DNA of 64,000 nt, taken from assembly GCA_964016885.1 (NCBI GenBank), contig OZ024743.1:145266001-145330000 (forward strand), read 5' to 3'. This document shows positions 23,973 through 39,600 of the stretch, piece by piece. The notes below the pieces were generated by a model. That model was given only the letters and a program-made list of their open reading frames with translations. It did no database searches and had not been told where the DNA came from. The DNA comes from Eledone cirrhosa (taxonomy: Eukaryota). Both the position numbers and the translations under genes were made by a program. Within the stretch, counting starts at the first letter, position 1, and every line of letters starts with the position of its first letter.

Positions 23973-24015
23973 GTCACTGAAGAGGTCACAGAGTGTGTGA
24001 CGAAAGAACTATGAC
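23973..24015 (+). ncRNA. Minimal hammerhead (inverted pLTR arm)
   Basis: GTCA CTGAAGA G GTCACA GAGTG TGTGAC GAAA GAAC TA TGAC; CUA triplet with predicted cut after 24011. Confidence 0.75.
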
Positions 24016-24602
24016 AATATATAAACAACTATCTGGTTGTGGAACCAACCAACCAACCAGAAATTTATAAACTTATAAATTTATTATAAATTTATTATAA
24101 TAAATTGAAGTGAAAGAAACTGGTGCGTGTGTTTCTTATTGGCAACATGACCCTCCCAAAGTATAACAATATTTAAATATTAAAGTGATAGAAAAGCCAG
24201 GGACTAGCATAAAATCACTGATCAGTAAAACTTACTCCTTTAAAAAACACGCTGTACAAATAAGAAATGTGTAATATGTAGAGTAAGTCCACAAATAAAT
24301 TGTAAAACAAGAAACGTAGGTTATGACTAAGATGTAGAAAGGATATTTGCAGAAACGTGACAACGACGTGCATAGGAAAGACAGCCGGTAGCATAGGAGA
24401 GAGATTAGTGAACACTGGAGTGAACTAAAAAAACAAAAAGACAATTCGGTACAATAAGAACATGCAAGACAAAAACATGATAGTAAGATAGACAACATAG
24501 AAGTTAAAATAATATCTAAACATAGGAATGACTCCATAATTAGGCACATTATGAAGGCTACAGAAATAGAATTAAGAAAACTTAAGCTGAACAGAAAACA
24601 TG

Positions 24603-27600
24603 AATGGAATAGCAACGACCATACACAAACACACGCTAGTGATCTAAGATATAATATAAATATATACAGATGCAATAGCAACAACCATACACAAACACAC
24701 ACTAGTGATCTAAGATATAATATAATTATATACAGATGCAATAGCAACAACCATACACAAACACACACTAGTGATCTAAGATAGAATATAAATATACACA
24801 GATGGAATAGCAACAACCATACACAAACACACACTAGTGACCAAAGATAGAATATAAATATACACAGATGCAATAGCAACAACCATACACAAACACACAC
24901 TAGTGATCTAAGACAGAATATAAATATACACTGATGCAATGGCAACAACCATACACAAACACACACTAGTGATCTAAGATAGAATATAATTATACACAGA
25001 TGCAATAGCAACAACCATACACAAACACACACTAGTGATCTAAGATAGAATATAAATATACACAGATGCAATAGCAACAGCCATACACAAACTCACACTA
25101 GTAATCTAAGATAGAATATAAATATACACAGATGCAATAGCAACAACCATACACAAACACACACTAGTGACCAAAGAAAGAATATAAATATACACAGATG
25201 CAATAGCGACAACCATACACAAACACACACTAGTGATCTAAGATAGAATATAAATATACACAGATGCAATGGCAACAACCATACACAAACACACACTAGT
25301 GATCTAAGATAGAATATAAATATACACAGATGCAATAGCAACAACCATACACAAACACACACTAGTGATCTAAGATAGAATATAATTATACACAGATGCA
25401 ATAGCAACAACCATACACAAACACACACTAGTGATCTAAGATAGAATATAAATATACACAGATGCAATAGCAACAACCATACACAAACAGACACTAGTGA
25501 TCTAAGATAGAATATAAATATACACTGATGCAATGGCAACAACCATACACAAACACACACTAGTGATCTAAGATAGAATATAATTATACACAGATGCAAT
25601 AGCAACAACCATACACAAACACACACTAGTGATCTAAGATAGAATATAAGTATACACAGATGCAATAGCAACAGCCATACACAAACTCACACTAGTGATC
25701 TAAGATAGAATATAAATATACACAGATGCAATAGCAACAACCATACACAAACACAAACTAGTGACCAAATAAAGAATATAAATATACACAGATGCAATAG
25801 CGACAACCATACACAAACACACACTAGTGATCTAAGGTAGAATATAAATATACACAGATGCAATAGCAACAACCATACACAAACACACAGAGTGATGTAA
25901 GATAGAATATAATTATACACAGATGCAATAGCAAAAACCATACACAAACACATATAAATATACACAGATGCCATAGCAACAACCATACACAAACACACAC
26001 TAGTGATCTAAGATAGAATATAAATATACACAGATGCAATAGCAACAACCATACACAAACACACACTAGTGATCTAAGATAGAATATAAATATACACAGA
26101 TGCAATAGCAACAACCATACACAAACACACACTAGTGATCTAAGATAGAATATAAATATACACAGATGCAATAGCGACAACCATACACAAACACACACTA
26201 GTGATCTAAGATAGAATATAAATATACACAGATGCAATAGCAACAACAATACACAAACACACACTACTGATCTAAGATAGAATAAAAAATATACACAGAT
26301 GCAATAGCAACAACCATACACAAACACACACTAGTGATCTAAGATAGAATATAAATATACACAGATGCAATAGCAACGGCCATACACAAACTCACACTAG
26401 TGATCTAAGATAGAATATAAATATACACAGATGCAATAGCAACAACCATACACAAACACACACTAGTGATCTAAGATGAAATATAAATATACACAGATGC
26501 AATAGCAACAACCATACACAAACACACACTAGTGATCTAAGATAGAATATAATTATACACAGATGCAATAGCAACAACCATACACAAACACACACTAGTG
26601 ATCTAAGATAGAATATAAATATACACAGATGAAATAGCAACAACCATACACAAACACACACTAGTGATCTAAGATAGAATATAATTATACACAGATGCAA
26701 TAGCAACAACCATACACAAACACACACTAGTGATCTAAGATAGAATATAATTATACACAGATGCAATAGCAACAACCATACACAAACTCACACTAGTGAT
26801 CTAAGATAGAATATAAATATACACAGATGCAATAGCAGCAACCATACACAAACACACAGAATGATGTAAGATAAAATATAAATATACACAGATGCAATAG
26901 CAACAACCATACACAAACACACACTAGTGATCTAAGATGAAATATAAATATACACAGATGCAACAGCAACAACCATACACAAACACACACTAGTGATCTA
27001 AGATAGAATATAATTATACACAGATGCAATAGCAACAACCATACACAAACACACACTAGTGATCTAAGATAGAATATAAATATACACAGATGAAATAGCA
27101 ACAACCATACACAAACACACACTAGTGATCTAAGATAGAATATAATTATACACAGATGCAATAGCAACAACCATACACAAACACACACTAGTGATCTAAG
27201 ATAGAATATAATTATACACAGATGCAATAGCAACAACCATACACAAACTCACACTAGTGATCTAAGATAGAATATAAATATACACAGATGCAATAGCAGC
27301 AACCATACACAAACACACAGAATGATGTAAGATAAAATATAAATATACACAGATGCAATAGCAACAACCATACACAAACACACACTAGTGATCTAAGATA
27401 GAATATAAATATACACAGATGCAATAGCAACAACCATACACAAACACACACTAGTGATCTAAGATAGAATATAAATATACACAGATGCAATAGCGACAAC
27501 CATACACAAACACACACTAGTGATCTAAGATAGAATATAAATATACACAGATGCAATAGCGACAACCATACACAAACACACACTAGTGATCTAAGATAGA

Positions 27601-30600
27601 ATATAAATATACACAGATGCAATAGCAACAACAATACACAAACACACACTACTGATCTAAGATAGAATAAAAGATATTCACAGATGCAATAGCAACAACC
27701 ATACACAAACACACACTAGTGATCTAAAATAGAATATAAATATACACAGATGCAATAGCAACAACCATACACAAACACACACGAGTGATCTAAGATAGAA
27801 TATAAATATACACAGATCCAATAGCAACAGCCATACACAAACACAGACTAGTGACCAAAGATAGAATATAAATATACACAGATGCAATAGCAACAACCAT
27901 ACACAAACACACACTAGTGATCTAAGATAGAATATAAATATACACAGATGCAATGGCAACAACCATACACAAACACACACTAGTGATCTAAGATATAATA
28001 TAAATATACACTGATGCAATAGCAACAACCATACACAAACACACACTAGTGATCTAAGATAGAATATAAATATACAAAGATGCAATAGCAACAACCATAC
28101 ACAAACACACACTAGTGATCTAAGATAGAATATAAATATACACAGATGCAATAGCAACAACCATACACAAACACACAGAATGATGTAAGATAAAATATAA
28201 ATATACACAGATGCAAAAGCAACAACCATACACAAACACACACTAGTGATCTAAGATAGAATATAAATATACACAGATGCAATAGCAACAACCATACACA
28301 AACACACAGAGTGATGTAAGATAGAATATAAATATACACAGATGCAATAGCAACAACCATACACAAACACACACTGGTGATCTAAGATAGAATATAAATA
28401 TACACAGATGCCATAGCAACAATCATACACAAACACACACTAGTGATCTAAGATAGAATATAAATATACACAGATGGAATAGCAACAACCATACACAAAC
28501 ACACACTAGTGATCTAAGATAGAATATAAATATACACAGATGCAATAGCAACAACCATACACAAACACACACTAGTGATCTAAGATAGAGTATAAATATA
28601 CACAGATGCAATAGCAACAACCATACACAAACACACACTGGTGATCTAAGATAGAATATAAATATACACAGATGCCATAGCAACAATCATACACAAACAC
28701 ACACTAGTGATCTAAGATAGAATATAAATATACACAGATGCAATAGCAACAACAATACACAAACACACACTACTGATCTAAGATAGAATAAAAGATATTC
28801 ACAGATGCAATAGCAACAACCATACACAAACACACACTAGTGATCTAAAATAGAATATAAATATACACAGATGCAATAGCAACAACCATACACAAACACA
28901 CACGAGTGATCTAAGATAGAATATAAATATACACAGATCCAATAGCAACAGCCATACACAAACACAGACTAGTGACCAAAGATAGAATATAAATATACAC
29001 AGATGCAATAGCAACAACCATACACAAACACACACTAGTGATCTAAGATAGAATATAAATATACACAGATGCAATGGCAACAACCATACACAAACACACA
29101 CTAGTGATCTAAGATATAATATAAATATACACTGATGCAATAGCAACAACCATACACAAACACACACTAGTGATCTAAGATAGAATATAAATATACAAAG
29201 ATGCAATAGCAACAACCATACACAAACACACACTAGTGATCTAAGATAGAATATAAATATACACAGATGCAATAGCAACAACCATACACAAACACACAGA
29301 ATGATGTAAGATAAAATATAAATATACACAGATGCAAAAGCAACAACCATACACAAACACACACTAGTGATCTAAGATAGAATATAAATATACACAGATG
29401 CAATAGCAACAACCATACACAAACACACAGAGTGATGTAAGATAGAATATAAATATACACAGATGCAATAGCAACAACCATACACAAACACACACTGGTG
29501 ATCTAAGATAGAATATAAATATACACAGATGCCATAGCAACAATCATACACAAACACACACTAGTGATCTAAGATAGAATATAAATATACACAGATGGAA
29601 TAGCAACAACCATACACAAACACACACTAGTGATCTAAGATAGAATATAAATATACACAGATGCAATAGCAACAACCATACACAAACACACACTAGTGAT
29701 CTAAGATAGAGTATAAATATACACAGATGCAATAGCAACAACCATACATAAACACACACTAGTGATCTAAGATAGAATATAAATATACACAGATCCAATA
29801 GCAACAACCATACACAAACACACACTAGTGACCAAAGATAGAATATAAATATACATAGATGCAATAGCAACAACCATACACAAACACACACTAGTGATCT
29901 AAGATAGAATATGAATATACACAGATCCAATAGCAACAACCATACACAAACACACACTAGTGACCAAAGATAGAATATAAATATACATAGATGCAATAGC
30001 AACAACCATACACAAACACACACTAGTGATCTAAGATAGAATATAAATATACACAGATGCAATAGCAACAACCATACACAAACACACACTAGTGACCAAA
30101 GATAGAATATAAATATACACAGATGCAATAGCAACAACCATACACAAACACACACTAGTGATCTAAGATAGAATATAAATATACACAGATGCAATGGCAA
30201 CAACCATACACAAACACACAGAATGATGTAAGATAAAATATAAATATACACAGATGCAATAGCAACAACCATACACAAACACACACTAGTGATCTAAGAT
30301 AGAATATAAATATACACAGATGCAATAGCAACAACCATACACAAACACACACTAGTGATCTAAGATAGAATATAAATATACACAGATGCAATAGCGACAA
30401 CCATACACAAACACACACTAGTGATCTAAGATAGAATATAAATATACACAGATGCAATAGCGACAACCATACACAAACACACACTAGTGATCTAAGATAG
30501 AATATAAATATACACAGATGCAATAGCAACAACAATACACAAACACACACTACTGATCTAAGATAGAATAAAAGATATTCACAGATGCAATAGCAACAAC

Positions 30601-33600
30601 CATACACAAACACACACTAGTGATCTAAAATAGAATATAAATATACACAGATGCAATAGCAACAACCATACACAAACACACACGAGTGATCTAAGATAGA
30701 ATATAAATATACACAGATCCAATAGCAACAGCCATACACAAACACAGACTAGTGACCAAAGATAGAATATAAATATACACAGATGCAATAGCAACAACCA
30801 TACACAAACACACACTAGTGATCTAAGATAGAATATAAATATACACAGATGCAATGGCAACAACCATACACAAACACACACTAGTGATCTAAGATATGAT
30901 ATAAATATACACTGATGCAATAGCAACAACCATACACAAACACACACTAGTGATCTAAGATAGAATATAAATATACAAAGATGCAATAGCAACAACCATA
31001 CACAAACACACACTAGTGATCTAAGATAGAATATAAATATACACAGACGCAATAGCAACAACCATACACAAACACACACTAGTGACCAAAGATAGAATAT
31101 AAATATACACAGATGCAATAGCAACAACCATACACAAACACACTAGTGATCTAAGATAGAATATAAATATACACAGATGCAATAGCAACAACCATACACA
31201 AACACACACTAGTGACCAAAGATAGAATATAAATATACACAGATGCAATAGCAACAACCATACACAAACACACAGAATGATGTAAGATAAAATATAAATA
31301 TACACAGATGCAATAGCAACAACCATACACAAACACACACTGGTGATCTAAGATAGAATATAAATATACACAGATGCCATAGCAACAATCATACACAAAC
31401 ACACACTAGTGATCTAAGATAGAATATAAATATACACAGATGGAATAGCAACAACCATACACAAACACACACTAGTGATCTAAGATAGAATATAAATATA
31501 CACAGATGCAATAGCAACAACCATACACAAACACACACTAGTGATCTAAGATAGAGTATAAATATACACAGATGCAATAGCAACAACCATACATAAACAC
31601 ACACTAGTGATCTAAGATAGAATATAAATATACACAGATCCAATAGCAACAACCATACACAAACACACACTAGTGACCAAAGATAGAATATAAATATACA
31701 TAGATGCAATAGCAACAACCATACACAAACACACACTAGTGATCTAAGATAGAATATGAATATACACAGATCCAATAGCAACAACCATACACAAACACAC
31801 ACTAGTGACCAAAGATAGAATATAAATATACATAGATGCAATAGCAACAACGATACACAAACACACACTAGAGACCAAAGATAGAATATAAATATACACA
31901 GATGCAATAGCAACAACTATACACAAACACACACTAGTGATCTAAGATAGAATATAAATATACACAGATGCAATAGCAAGAACCATACACAAACAGACAC
32001 TAGTCACCAAAGATAGAGTATAAATATACACAGATCCAATAGCAACAACCATACTCAAACGCACACTAGTGACTAAAGATAGAATATTAATATACACAGA
32101 TGCAATAGCAACAACCATACACAAACACACACTAGTGATCTAAGATAGAATATAAATATATACAGACCCAATAGCAACAACCATACACAAACACACACTA
32201 GTGACCAAAGATAGAAAATAAATATACACAGATGCAATAGCAACAACCATACACAAACACACACTAGTGATCTAAGATAGAATATAAATATACACAGATG
32301 CAATGGCAACAACCATACACAAACACACACTAGTGATCTAAGATATAATATGAATATACACTGATGCAATAGCAACAACCATACACAAACACACACTAGT
32401 GATCTAAGATAGAATATAAATATACACAGATCCAATAGCAACAACCATACACAAACACACACTAGTGATCTAAGATAGAATATAAATATACACAGATGCA
32501 ATAGCAACAACCATACACAAACACACACTAGTGACCAAAGATAGAATATAAATATACACAGATGCAATAGCAACAACCATACACAAACACACACTAGTGA
32601 TCTAAGATAGAATATAAATATACACAGATGCAATGGCAACAACCATACACAAACACACACTAGTGTTCTAAGATATAATATAAATATACACAGATGCAAT
32701 AGCAACAACCATACACAAACACACACTAGTGATCTAAGATAGATTATAAATATACACAGATGCAATAGCAACAACCATACACAAACACACACTAGTGACC
32801 AAAGATAGAATATAAATATACACAGATGCAATAGCAACAACCATACACAAACACACAGAATGATGTAAGATAAAATATAAATATACACAGATGCAAAAGC
32901 AACAACCATACACAAACACACACTAGTGATCTAAGATAGAATATAAATATACACAGATGCAATAGCAACAACCATACACAAACACACAGAGTGATGTAAG
33001 ATAGAATATAAATATACACAGATGCAATAGCAACAACCATACACAAACACACACTGGTGATCTAAGATAGAATATAAATATACACAGATGCCATAGCAAC
33101 AACCATACACAAACACAGACTAGTGATCTAAGATAGAATATAAATATACACAGATGGAATAGCAACAACCATACACAAACGCACACTAGTGATCTAAGAT
33201 AGAATATAAATATACACAGATACAATAGCAACAACCATACACAAACACACACTAGTGATCTAAGATAGAATATAAATATACACAGATGCAATAGCAACAA
33301 ACATTCACAAACACACACTAGTGATCTAAGATAGAATATAAATATAGACAGATGCAATAGCAACAACCATACACAAACACACACTAGTGATCTAAGATAG
33401 AATATAGATATACACAGATGCAATAGCAACAACGGTACACAAACACACACTAGTGATCTAAGATAGAATATAAATATACACAGATCCAATAGCAACAACC
33501 ATACACAAACACACACTAGTGACCAAAGATAGAATATAAATATACATAGATGCAATAGCAACAACCATACACAAACACACACTAGTGATCTAAGATAGAA

Positions 33601-36600
33601 TATAAATATACACAGATCCAATAGCAACAACCATACACAAACACTCACTAGTGACCAAAGATAGAATATAAATATACATAGATGCAATAGCAACAACCAT
33701 ACATAAACACACACTAGAGACCAAAGATAGAATATAAATATACACAGATGCAATAGCAACAACTATACACAAACACACACTAGTGATCTAAGATAGAATA
33801 TAAATATACACAGATGCAATAGCAAGAACCATAAACAAACAGACACTAGTGACCAAAGATAGAGTATAAATATACACAGATCCAATAGCAACAACCATAC
33901 TCCAACGCACACTAGTGACCAAAGATAGAATATTAATATACACAGATGCAATAGCAACAACCATACACAAACACACACTAGTGATCTAAGATAGAATATA
34001 AATATATACAGACACAATAGCAACAACCATACACAAACACACACTAGTGACCAAAGATAGAATATAAATATACACAGATGCAATAGCAACAACCATACAC
34101 AAACACACACTAGTGATCTAAGATAGAATATAAATATACACAGATGCAATGGCAACAACCATACACAAACACACACTAGTGATCTAAGATATAATATGAA
34201 TATACACTGATGCAATAGCAACAACAATACACAAACACACACTACTGATCTAAGATAGAATAAAAGATATTCACAGATGCAATAGCAACAACCATACACA
34301 AACACACACTAGTGATCTAAAATGGAATATAAATATACACAGATGCAATAGCAACAACCATACACAAACACACACGAGTGATCTAAGATAGAATATAAAT
34401 ATACACAGATCCAATAGCAACAGCCATACACAAACACAGACTAGTGACCAAAGATAGAATATAAATATACACAGATGCAATAGCAACAACCATACACAAA
34501 CACACACTAGTGATCTAAGATAGAATATAAATATACACAGATGCAATGGCAACAACCATACACAAACACACACTAGTGATCTAAGATATAATATAAATAT
34601 ACACTGATGCAATAGCAACAACCATACACAAACACACACTAGTGATCTAAGATAGAATATAAATATACAAAGATGCAATAGCAACAACCATACACAAACA
34701 CACACTAGTGATCTAAGATAGAATATAAATATACACAGACGCAATAGCAACAACCATACACAAACACACACTAGTGACCAAAGATAGAATATAAATATAC
34801 ACAGATGCAATAGCAACAACCATACACAAACACACTAGTGATCTAAGATAGAATATAAATATACACAGATGCAATAGCAACAACCATACACAAACACACA
34901 CTAGTGACCAAAGATAGAATATAAATATACACAGATGCAATAGCAACAACCATACACAAACACACAGAATGATGTAAGATAAAATATAAATATACACAGA
35001 TGCAATAGCAACAACCATACACAAACACACACTGGTGATCTAAGATAGAATATAAATATACACAGATGCCATAGCAACAATCATACACAAACACACACTA
35101 GTGATCTAAGATAGAATATAAATATACACAGATGGAATAGCAACAACCATACACAAACACACACTAGTGATCTAAGATAGAATATAAATATACACAGATG
35201 CAATAGCAACAACCATACACAAACACACACTAGTGATCTAAGATAGAGTATAAATATACACAGATGCAATAGCAACAACCATACATAAACACACACTAGT
35301 GATCTAAGATAGAATATAAATATACACAGATCCAATAGCAACAACCATACACAAACACACACTAGTGACCAAAGATAGAATATAAATATACACAGATGCA
35401 ATAGCAACAACCATACACAAACACACACTAGTGATCTAAGATAGAATATAAATATACACAGATGCAATGGCAACAACCATACACAAACACACACTAGTGA
35501 TCTAAGATATAATATGAATATACACTGATGCAATAGCAACAACCATACACAAACACACACTAGTGATCTAAGATAGAATATAAATATACACAGATCCAAT
35601 AGCAACAACCATACACAAACACACACTAGTGATCTAAGATAGAATATAAATATACACAGATGCAATAGCAACAACCATACACAAACACACACTAGTGACC
35701 AAAGATAGAATATAAATATACACAGATGCAATAGCAACAACCATACACAAACACACACTAGTGATCTAAGATAGAATATAAATATACACAGATGTAATGG
35801 CAACAACCATACACAAACACACACTAGTGTTCTAAGATATAATATAAATATACACAGATGCAATAGCAACAACCATACACAAACACACACTAGTGATCTA
35901 AGATAGATTATAAATATACACAGATGCAATAGCAACAACCATACACAAACACACACTAGTGACCAAAGATAGAATATAAATATACACAGATGCAATAGCA
36001 ACAACCATACACAAACACACAGAATGATGTAAGATAAAATATAAATATACACAGATGCAAAAGCAACAACCATACACAAACACACACTAGTGATCTAAGA
36101 TAGAATATAAATATACACAGATGCAATAGCAACAACCATACACAAACACACAGAGTGATGTAAGATAGAATATAAATATACACAGATGCAATAGCAACAA
36201 CCATACACAAACACACACTGGTGATCTAAGATAGAATATAAATATACACAGATGCCATAGCAACAACCATACACAAACACAGACTAGTGATCTAAGATAG
36301 AATATAAATATACACAGATGGAATAGCAACAACCATACACAAACGCACACTAGTGATCTAAGATAGAATATAAATATACACAGATGCAATAGCAACAAAC
36401 ATTCACAAACACACACTAGTGATCTAAGATAGAATATAAATATAGACAGATGCAATAGCAACAACCATACACAAACACACACTAGTGATCTAAGATAGAA
36501 TATAGATATACACAGATGCAATAGCAACAACGGTACACAAACACACACTAGTGATCTAAGATAGAATATAAATATACACAGATCCAATAGCAACAACCAT

Positions 36601-39600
36601 ACACAAACACACACTAGTGACCAAAGATAGAATATAAATATACATAGATGCAATAGCAACAACCATACACAAACACACACTAGTGATCTAAGATAGAATA
36701 TAAATATACACAGATCCAATAGCAACAACCATACACAAACACTCACTAGTGACCAAAGATAGAATATAAATATACATAGATGCAATAGCAACAACCATAC
36801 ATAAACACACACTAGAGACCAAAGATAGAATATAAATATACACAGATGCAATAGCAACAACTATACACAAACACACACTAGTGATCTAAGATAGAATATA
36901 AATATACACAGATGCAATAGCAAGAACCATAAACAAACAGACACTAGTGACCAAAGATAGAGTATAAATATACACAGATCCAATAGCAACAACCATACTC
37001 CAACGCACACTAGTGACCAAAGATAGAATATTAATATACACAGATGCAATAGCAACAACCATACACAAACACACACTAGTGATCTAAGATAGAATATAAA
37101 TATATACAGACACAATAGCAACAACCATACACAAACACACACTAGTGACCAAAGATAGAATATAAATATACACAGATGCAATAGCAACAACCATACACAA
37201 ACACACACTAGTGATCTAAGATAGAATATAAATATACACAGATGCAATGGCAACAACCATACACAAACACACACTAGTGATCTAAGATATAATATGAATA
37301 TACACTGATGCAATAGCAACAACCATACACAAACACACACTAGTGATCTAAGATAGAATATAAATATACACAGATGCAATAGCAACAACCATACACAAAC
37401 ACACACTAGTGATCTAAGATAGAATATAAATATACACAGATGCAATAGCAACAACCATACACAAACACACACTAGTGACCAAAGATAGAATATAAATATA
37501 CACAGATGCAATAGCAACAACCATACACAAACACACACTAGTGATCTAAGATAGAATATAAATATACACAGATGCAATGGCAACAACCATACACAAACAC
37601 ACACTAGTGTTCTAAGATATAATATAAATATACACAGATGCAATAGCAACAACCATACACAAACAAACACTAGTGATCTAAGATAGATTATAAATATACA
37701 CAGATGCAATAGCAACAACCATACACAAACACACACTAGTGACCAAAGATAGAATATAAATATACACAGATGCAATAGCAACAACCATACACAAACACAC
37801 AGAATGATGTAAGATAAAATATAAATATACACAGATGCAAAAGCAACAACCATACACAAACACACACTAGTGATCTAAGATAGAATATAAATATACACAG
37901 ATGCAATAGCAACAACCATACACAAACACACAGAGTGATGTAAGATAGAATATAAATATACACAGATGCAATAGCAACAACCATACACAAACACACACTG
38001 GTGATCTAAGATAGAATATAAATATACACAGATGCCATAGCAACAAACATACACAAACACACACTAGTGATCTAAGATAGAATATAAATATACACAGATG
38101 GAATAGCAACAACCATACACAAGCACACACGAGTGATCTAAGATAGAATATAAATATTAACAGATGCAATAACAACGAACATACACAAACACACACTAGT
38201 GACCAAAGATAGAATATAAATATACACAGATGCAATAGCAACAACCATACACAAACACACACTAGTGCTCTAAGATAGAATATAAATATACACAGATGCA
38301 ATAGCAACAACCATACACAAACACACACTAGTGATCTAAGATAGAATATAAATATACACAGATCCAATAGCAACAAGCATACACAAACACACACTAGTGA
38401 TCTAAGATAGAATATAAATATACACAGATGCAATAGCAAGAACCATACACAAACACACACTAGTGATCTAAGATAGAATATAAATATACATAGATGCAAT
38501 AGCAACAACCATACACAAACACACACTAGAGACCAAAGATAGAATATAAATATACACAGATGCAATAGCAACAACTATACACAAACACACACTAGTAATC
38601 TTAGATAGATTATAAATATACACAGATGCAATAGCAAGAACCATACACAAACAGACACTAGTGACCAAAGATAGAGTATAAATGTACACAGATCCAATAG
38701 CAACAACCATACTCAAACGCACACTAGTGACCAAAGATAGCATATTAATATACACAGATGCAATAGCAACAACCATACACAAACACACACTAGTGATCTA
38801 AGATAGAATATAAATATATACAGACCCAATAGCAACAACCATACACAAACACACACTAGTGACCAAAGATAGAATATAAATATACACAGATGCAATAGCA
38901 ACAACCATACACAAACTCACACTAGTGATCTAAGATAGAATATAAATATACACAGATGCAATAGCAACATCCATACACAAACACACACTAGTGACCAAAG
39001 ATAGAATATAAATATACACAGATGCAATAGCAACAACCATACACAAACACACAGAGTGATGTAAGATAGAATATAAATATACACAGATGCCATAGCAACA
39101 ACCATACACAAACACACACTAGTGATGTAAGATAGAATATAAATATACACAGGTGCAATAGCAACAACCATACACAAACACACACTAGTGATCTAAGATA
39201 GAATATAAATATACACAGATGCAATAGCAACAACCGTACACAAACACACACTAGTGATCTAAGATAGAATATAAATATACACAGATGCAATAGCAAAAAC
39301 CATACACAAACACACAGAGTGATGTAAGATAGAATATAAATATACACAGATGCAATAGCAACAACCATACACATACACACACTAGTGATCTAAGATAGAA
39401 TATAAATATTAACAGATGCAATAGCAACAATCATACACAAACACACACTAGTGATCTAAGATAGAATATAAATATGCACAAATCCAATAACAACAAGCAT
39501 ACACAAACACACACTAGTGATCTAAGATAGAATATAAATATACACAGGTGCAATAGCAAGAACCATACACAAACACACACTAGTGACCAAAGATAGAATA

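Larger units (their letters stand above)
22985..24172 (-). mobile_element. Nested 5'-truncated PLE of a sister subfamily (open GIY-YIG frame 23447-~23930) with inverted pLTR arm
   Basis: C-x4-C-x2-C...VVYSIRC...YIGETARSVGERINEH...DAMFRQITEAINI...LNRKYEWN*. Inverted arms at 23040-23274 and 23938-24172. TATTTAAATATT is duplicated at 22973-22984 and 24170-24181. Confidence 0.88.
21868..24620 (+). mobile_element. 5'-truncated Naiad-type PLE (host copy): RT 3' half 21922-22984, GIY-YIG 24170-24620, inverted pLTR tip 21868-21921
   Basis: SIAGDIANLFM, YSRYINDI, LPVLDTELW and FVDATPGSEL, then after the insert LNIKVIEKPG...IGKTA...LNRKHEWN. It is colinear with 12860-14390 in the opposite orientation and carries many frameshifts. 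Confidence 0.85.
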
